Assembly (NCBI GenBank): GCA_002728755.1
Contig: PBVT01000085.1
Location: 114,226-178,225, forward strand
From: Myxococcales bacterium
GTDB taxonomy: Bacteria; Myxococcota_A; UBA9042; UBA3505
Direction of reading: 5' to 3'
Length of the DNA: 64,000 nt
Position 1 is the first letter of the stretch, and each line of letters begins with the position of its first letter. A program made the position numbers and the translations under genes. Below the pieces are notes generated by a model that was not told the DNA's origin, did no database searches, and saw only the letters and a list, made by a program, of their open reading frames with translations. Below, piece after piece: positions 60,495-64,000 of this stretch.

Positions 60495-61856
60495 CTATAA
60501 ACTACGATTAACCGGGGTAACAGCGGTAATCTTTTGTAGCTCATCCATTAGCTGGAGGATGGCCATATCAAACGCGTCTCGATCCTGTTTCGGGACTTGA
60601 GCGATCGCGCGGCCGTCGTACTCAAGAGGATTCAGAGTTCGGTTTCCCTTCTTCAGGGCAAAGTGGAGGTGGGGGCCTGTGGCACGACCCGTTGCTCCTA
60701 CGAAACCGATGATCTGACCTTGTTTCACCTTTTGGCCCACGCGCAGACGCGAGGCGTATCGGTGGAGATGCGCGTAGTAGGTTTTGTAACCCGAGGAATG
60801 ACGGACAACCACAAGGTTTCCGCTCGGTCCTCGACGACGTTTCCAGACGACTTCGCCATCGCCAACGGTCCAGACGGGTGTTCCAAGGGGTGCAGCATAA
60901 TCGATAGCAAGATGTTGCTTATATTTGTGAAGCACCGGGTGGTAGCGTCGCTCCTGATAGCCAGAGCTTACCCGGGTAAACTGGAGTGGGCTACGAAGGA
61001 AATCTCGTTGTACCGAGGACCCATCCGCCTTGTAGTAGTTGGAAATATCGTTGCCGGTACCATGGTGGAATAATTGCAGAGTGTTGAACTTACCCTGGTA
61101 TTCCAATGCTTTGATCGGACCATATCGGAAGAAGCGTCCATCTACGAGCTCTTTGGTACCGATAAAACGAACGACATCCCCCGTACGGACATCTTCATAG
61201 AAGCGCAGGTCGAAGGACAAGAGTTTGATCAGATGAGAAGCCAACTTGGGATCCTCGACACAACGAGCCAGCGACTCATAGAGGGTCCCATCGACCAGGC
61301 ATCCGATGCGCAGAGGTTGCTTTTCGATCGGCACATCGACTTTTTCTGCGAGATAGCGCGTCCCATCTTTGGATAGCTTCGCTTCGTATAGCTCAATCGG
61401 GCTTCGCTTATATTGTAATCGTAGGATCTTGCCTTCCTGGTTCAGGTCGACGCGGTACGTGTCACCAATAAGACTGCGTCGAAAATCAACCAGAGGATCG
61501 AGGGCCGCAATCACGGGTCGATACTGTTCCGGGATAATCTTCGCGTCGGCCAGTTTACGTCCAAGAATCTCCCCACTCTGGATAGAACCCTTCAGAACGC
61601 GGGCGGCAATGCGGTCGAGTTTCTTACGTTGGGGGGATTCTTCTTCTGGTTGCGTGGTTGGCGTAGTTGGTTGGTTCTCTAATGGGCTGAGGCTGCGTTC
61701 GGGTACATATTCCACAACCTCTGGTGCGGAGTCGTATACAAAGACCCAATAATTCGTTGCCAGGATTGCTCCGATGAACAACGGCATCAGAATTTTTTGA
61801 CCGATCCCTTTTCTGCGGGACTTTCGGCTATTCAAATAGGAATTGCGGTACGCCAC
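60495..61856 (-). CDS. M23 family peptidoglycan DD-endopeptidase (MepM-like)
   Basis: N-terminal TM, FLRSPL, HLAIDY (HxxxD), YAHL, ATGPHLH (HxH); GAGGTGG RBS before GTG. Confidence 0.95.
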   Translation of the reverse strand: MAYRNSYLNSRKSRRKGIGQKILMPLFIGAILATNYWVFVYDSAPEVVEYVPERSLSPLENQPTTPTTQPEEESPQRKKLDRIAARVLKGSIQSGEILGRKLADAKIIPEQYRPVIAALDPLVDFRRSLIGDTYRVDLNQEGKILRLQYKRSPIELYEAKLSKDGTRYLAEKVDVPIEKQPLRIGCLVDGTLYESLARCVEDPKLASHLIKLLSFDLRFYEDVRTGDVVRFIGTKELVDGRFFRYGPIKALEYQGKFNTLQLFHHGTGNDISNYYKADGSSVQRDFLRSPLQFTRVSSGYQERRYHPVLHKYKQHLAIDYAAPLGTPVWTVGDGEVVWKRRRGPSGNLVVVRHSSGYKTYYAHLHRYASRLRVGQKVKQGQIIGFVGATGRATGPHLHFALKKGNRTLNPLEYDGRAIAQVPKQDRDAFDMAILQLMDELQKITAVTPVNRSL

Positions 61857-62181
61857 GGAGCCACCTCGTATTTGTTTCCCCCGGTCTTATCTCGCGCCAT
61901 TGCACGAAGATCGCCACGACCAGGGCGAATCCTGTACCACGCGTGTAGTTACCTGGTCAACGTGATGCACCAGTATCCTTCTATTTTTAAGGCGGAATCC
62001 TAATTCTGAGCTTCGAGGTTTGGCCAGATCGGCTGGTCAAAAAGGAGGCTTTGTAAAATTGTAATCCCAACCCGAAGACCCATGGGAATCATGCATTTGT
62101 TGCAACGATACGCTGGCTCTTGGTAAGTGAACCATTCCAGATCCATGGTGCGCTGGAGAAGTGTGCCTTGCAGGGGTCCGA

Positions 62182-64000
62182 ATGAGCGAAGCGATAGTCC
62201 AAGAAAACCTGATGCCGGAGACGCAACCGATTCCTATTATGAATCGTGGTCTCCTGGAAGGCCCAGAAGTGTCGAAGCGAAAGCAGGCACCCTGGCTATA
62301 TGTCCTGGTCGCTCTACTTGGTTTTGGAATATTTTTTCCGTCACTGGGCTCCTTTGGTCTCTGGGATCCATGGGAAACCCATTATGGGGAAGTGACACGA
62401 AATATTGTTGAGACCCGTGATTGGATCGCACTGAAGTGGGGTTATACAGCGACGAGGAACACCAAGACAGACCCACATGTGAAGTGGGCACACCATAATG
62501 AAACCTGGAAGTTTATGAGTAAACCGATACTCATCTTCTGGTCGCAGGCGTTGAGTGTGAAGCTGTTCGGGTATTCGGAATGGTCCTTCCGGTTCCCTAT
62601 GGCGCTCCTGGCCTGGCTGGTGATGATCACCGGCTTTCATGTGCTCCGAACCGTGACCCAGGATAACCGTCTTGCGTTCCTGGGGTCGGTCGTCGTTGCA
62701 ACCTGCCCGCAATTTTATTTTATATCGCGCCAGGCACAGACAGATATGCCCTTTGTCGGGACGATGTCTCTGGGGATGTTTATGTTCCTATTGGCCCTGT
62801 TCAGACCCAGGGAGCGTATATCCGATCGAAGATTTGTTTGGCGGGCCATTACAACGGTTCTACTACTCAGTCTTATGATTTTCCCGCAGGTCGCGGTGCT
62901 GGTGTCGGATGTTCCGAATGGCGGGGCTACGACCGCCTTTATTGTTGGCCTGATGGGTGGGGGCGTGATCTTGAGCATTGTGGCTCCCATCCTTACCCAT
63001 TCCAAGATTCACGGTCGCTTCGAGGATAACTTCAAGGACCGATGGTATCGACAGCTCAACCTCTATCTCTTCTACGCCTTTATCGGCTTGGCGACCCTGG
63101 CGAAAGGTCTGTTGGGTTTCGCGCTCCCGGGAGCCATTATCTTTACGTTCATTCTGATTACGTGGAATTGGCGCTTGCTTATGAACGTCGCGCTCATTCG
63201 CGGTACGTTGATCTTCCTCGCCGTCGCCTCGCCCTGGTACGCAGGCATGTTCCTGGTCTACGGCAACGACTTCTTCAAACGCTTTATTATTCACGACCAC
63301 ATCAACCGCTTCTCGAGCGGAGTGCACCAGGTTGATACCGGACTTTTCGAGCATTTCATCAAATGGCTCGGAATCGGCATGTTCCCCTGGTCGATCTTTA
63401 TCCCGGTTGTTCTGATATCGCTGTTCACGTTGCGCCGTATCCCCAAGGACGCCGAAGGTCAGTTCAAGTTATTCCTCTTTATTTGGACCTTTGTGGCGTA
63501 CATCTTGTTCACGAAGGCGAGTACGAAGTTTCACCATTATATCTTCCCGGCCCTCGTTCCCCTGGCGTTATTGGTGGGGCTATGGCTTCGAGACGTACCG
63601 AATATGTCATCCCGCGCGGTACGCCTTGCGGCGATCGTTGGTCTTGGGTTTACCGTTTCAATGGGGTGGACCATCTATGAGGACAAGCAGGTCTTGCGAA
63701 ACCTTATGACCTACAAATACGATCGCAAGCTGCCCAACAGTCTACCGGTGGATCCGGATGCGCCGGTGACATGTAAGAAGTGGGCACCAAAAGATAAAGA
63801 CGGGCATACCTTCTGTCAGGACACGGATACAGCAAAAGTTACGTGGAAAGAGAGTCTCTTCTTCCACAAAACACCCCCCTTGACCCGAACCTTATTGACC
63901 ACCCATTGGGGTCATTATCCGAATGTGGTCCTACGGGTTGTTATTGGGGTTTTGGCCGGGCTGTTGTTGTGGCTCATTATCGCAAATAGTGGAGTTTTGA
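62182..64000 (+). CDS. ArnT/GT39-like GT-C membrane glycosyltransferase; runs off the right edge
   Basis: Absent from the ORF track because the frame is open to the edge. Manual translation gives MSEAIVQEN...LWDPWETHYGEVTRNIVETRDW...SKPILIFW...EWSFRFP...TDMP...LAKG...PWY...TKFHHYIFP. Confidence 0.92.
   Translation, partial: MSEAIVQENLMPETQPIPIMNRGLLEGPEVSKRKQAPWLYVLVALLGFGIFFPSLGSFGLWDPWETHYGEVTRNIVETRDWIALKWGYTATRNTKTDPHVKWAHHNETWKFMSKPILIFWSQALSVKLFGYSEWSFRFPMALLAWLVMITGFHVLRTVTQDNRLAFLGSVVVATCPQFYFISRQAQTDMPFVGTMSLGMFMFLLALFRPRERISDRRFVWRAITTVLLLSLMIFPQVAVLVSDVPNGGATTAFIVGLMGGGVILSIVAPILTHSKIHGRFEDNFKDRWYRQLNLYLFYAFIGLATLAKGLLGFALPGAIIFTFILITWNWRLLMNVALIRGTLIFLAVASPWYAGMFLVYGNDFFKRFIIHDHINRFSSGVHQVDTGLFEHFIKWLGIGMFPWSIFIPVVLISLFTLRRIPKDAEGQFKLFLFIWTFVAYILFTKASTKFHHYIFPALVPLALLVGLWLRDVPNMSSRAVRLAAIVGLGFTVSMGWTIYEDKQVLRNLMTYKYDRKLPNSLPVDPDAPVTCKKWAPKDKDGHTFCQDTDTAKVTWKESLFFHKTPPLTRTLLTTHWGHYPNVVLRVVIGVLAGLLLWLIIANSGVL

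Noticed and set aside
61901-61916. sigma54-like site upstream of the M23 gene (TGGCGATCTTCGTGCA)
   Set aside because: Spacing is correct but both boxes have mismatches; could be chance in GC-rich DNA.
62127-63709. Fragmented short ORFs suggesting a pseudogene at the right edge
   Set aside because: A single open plus-strand frame from 62182 encodes an ArnT-like protein that runs off the window.

Overview
This is a 64-kb, gene-dense bacterial chromosomal window, mostly encoded on the minus strand. It is probably from a Myxococcota/deltaproteobacterial lineage; that is an inference from MYXO-CTERM-like tails, Cys-rich lipoproteins and sigma54 promoters. I found no rRNA, canonical tRNA, CRISPR array or mobile element. 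The ORF track misses two edge-truncated genes. The first is a >2,000-aa PfaA-like type I PKS (6205 to <1, minus strand) with a KS-AT-KS-(ACP)x5+ layout. All five visible ACPs carry Thr (LGIDTVKQ) where the phosphopantetheine-accepting Ser normally sits. The second is an ArnT-like GT-C (62182 to >64000). The PKS and the neighbouring DAG-kinase-family gene each have a near-perfect sigma54 promoter and lie downstream of a B12-radical SAM gene and aroC. The window also holds two paralogous FG-GAP/ASPIC-UnbV surface proteins, an Slt transglycosylase, a CbpA-like J protein, lnt, a degenerate YhaM-like protein, an HDOD-GGDEF protein and prkA-yeaH-spoVR preceded by a ~100-nt multibranch structure. Further right are a nucleotide-sugar/aminotransferase cluster, a pair of single-repeat 'half-TolC'-like proteins, rpmE(type B)-prfA, deoB-deoA-punA-cdd-ruvB and an M23 peptidase. 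All calls come from motif reading by eye; no database search was run.
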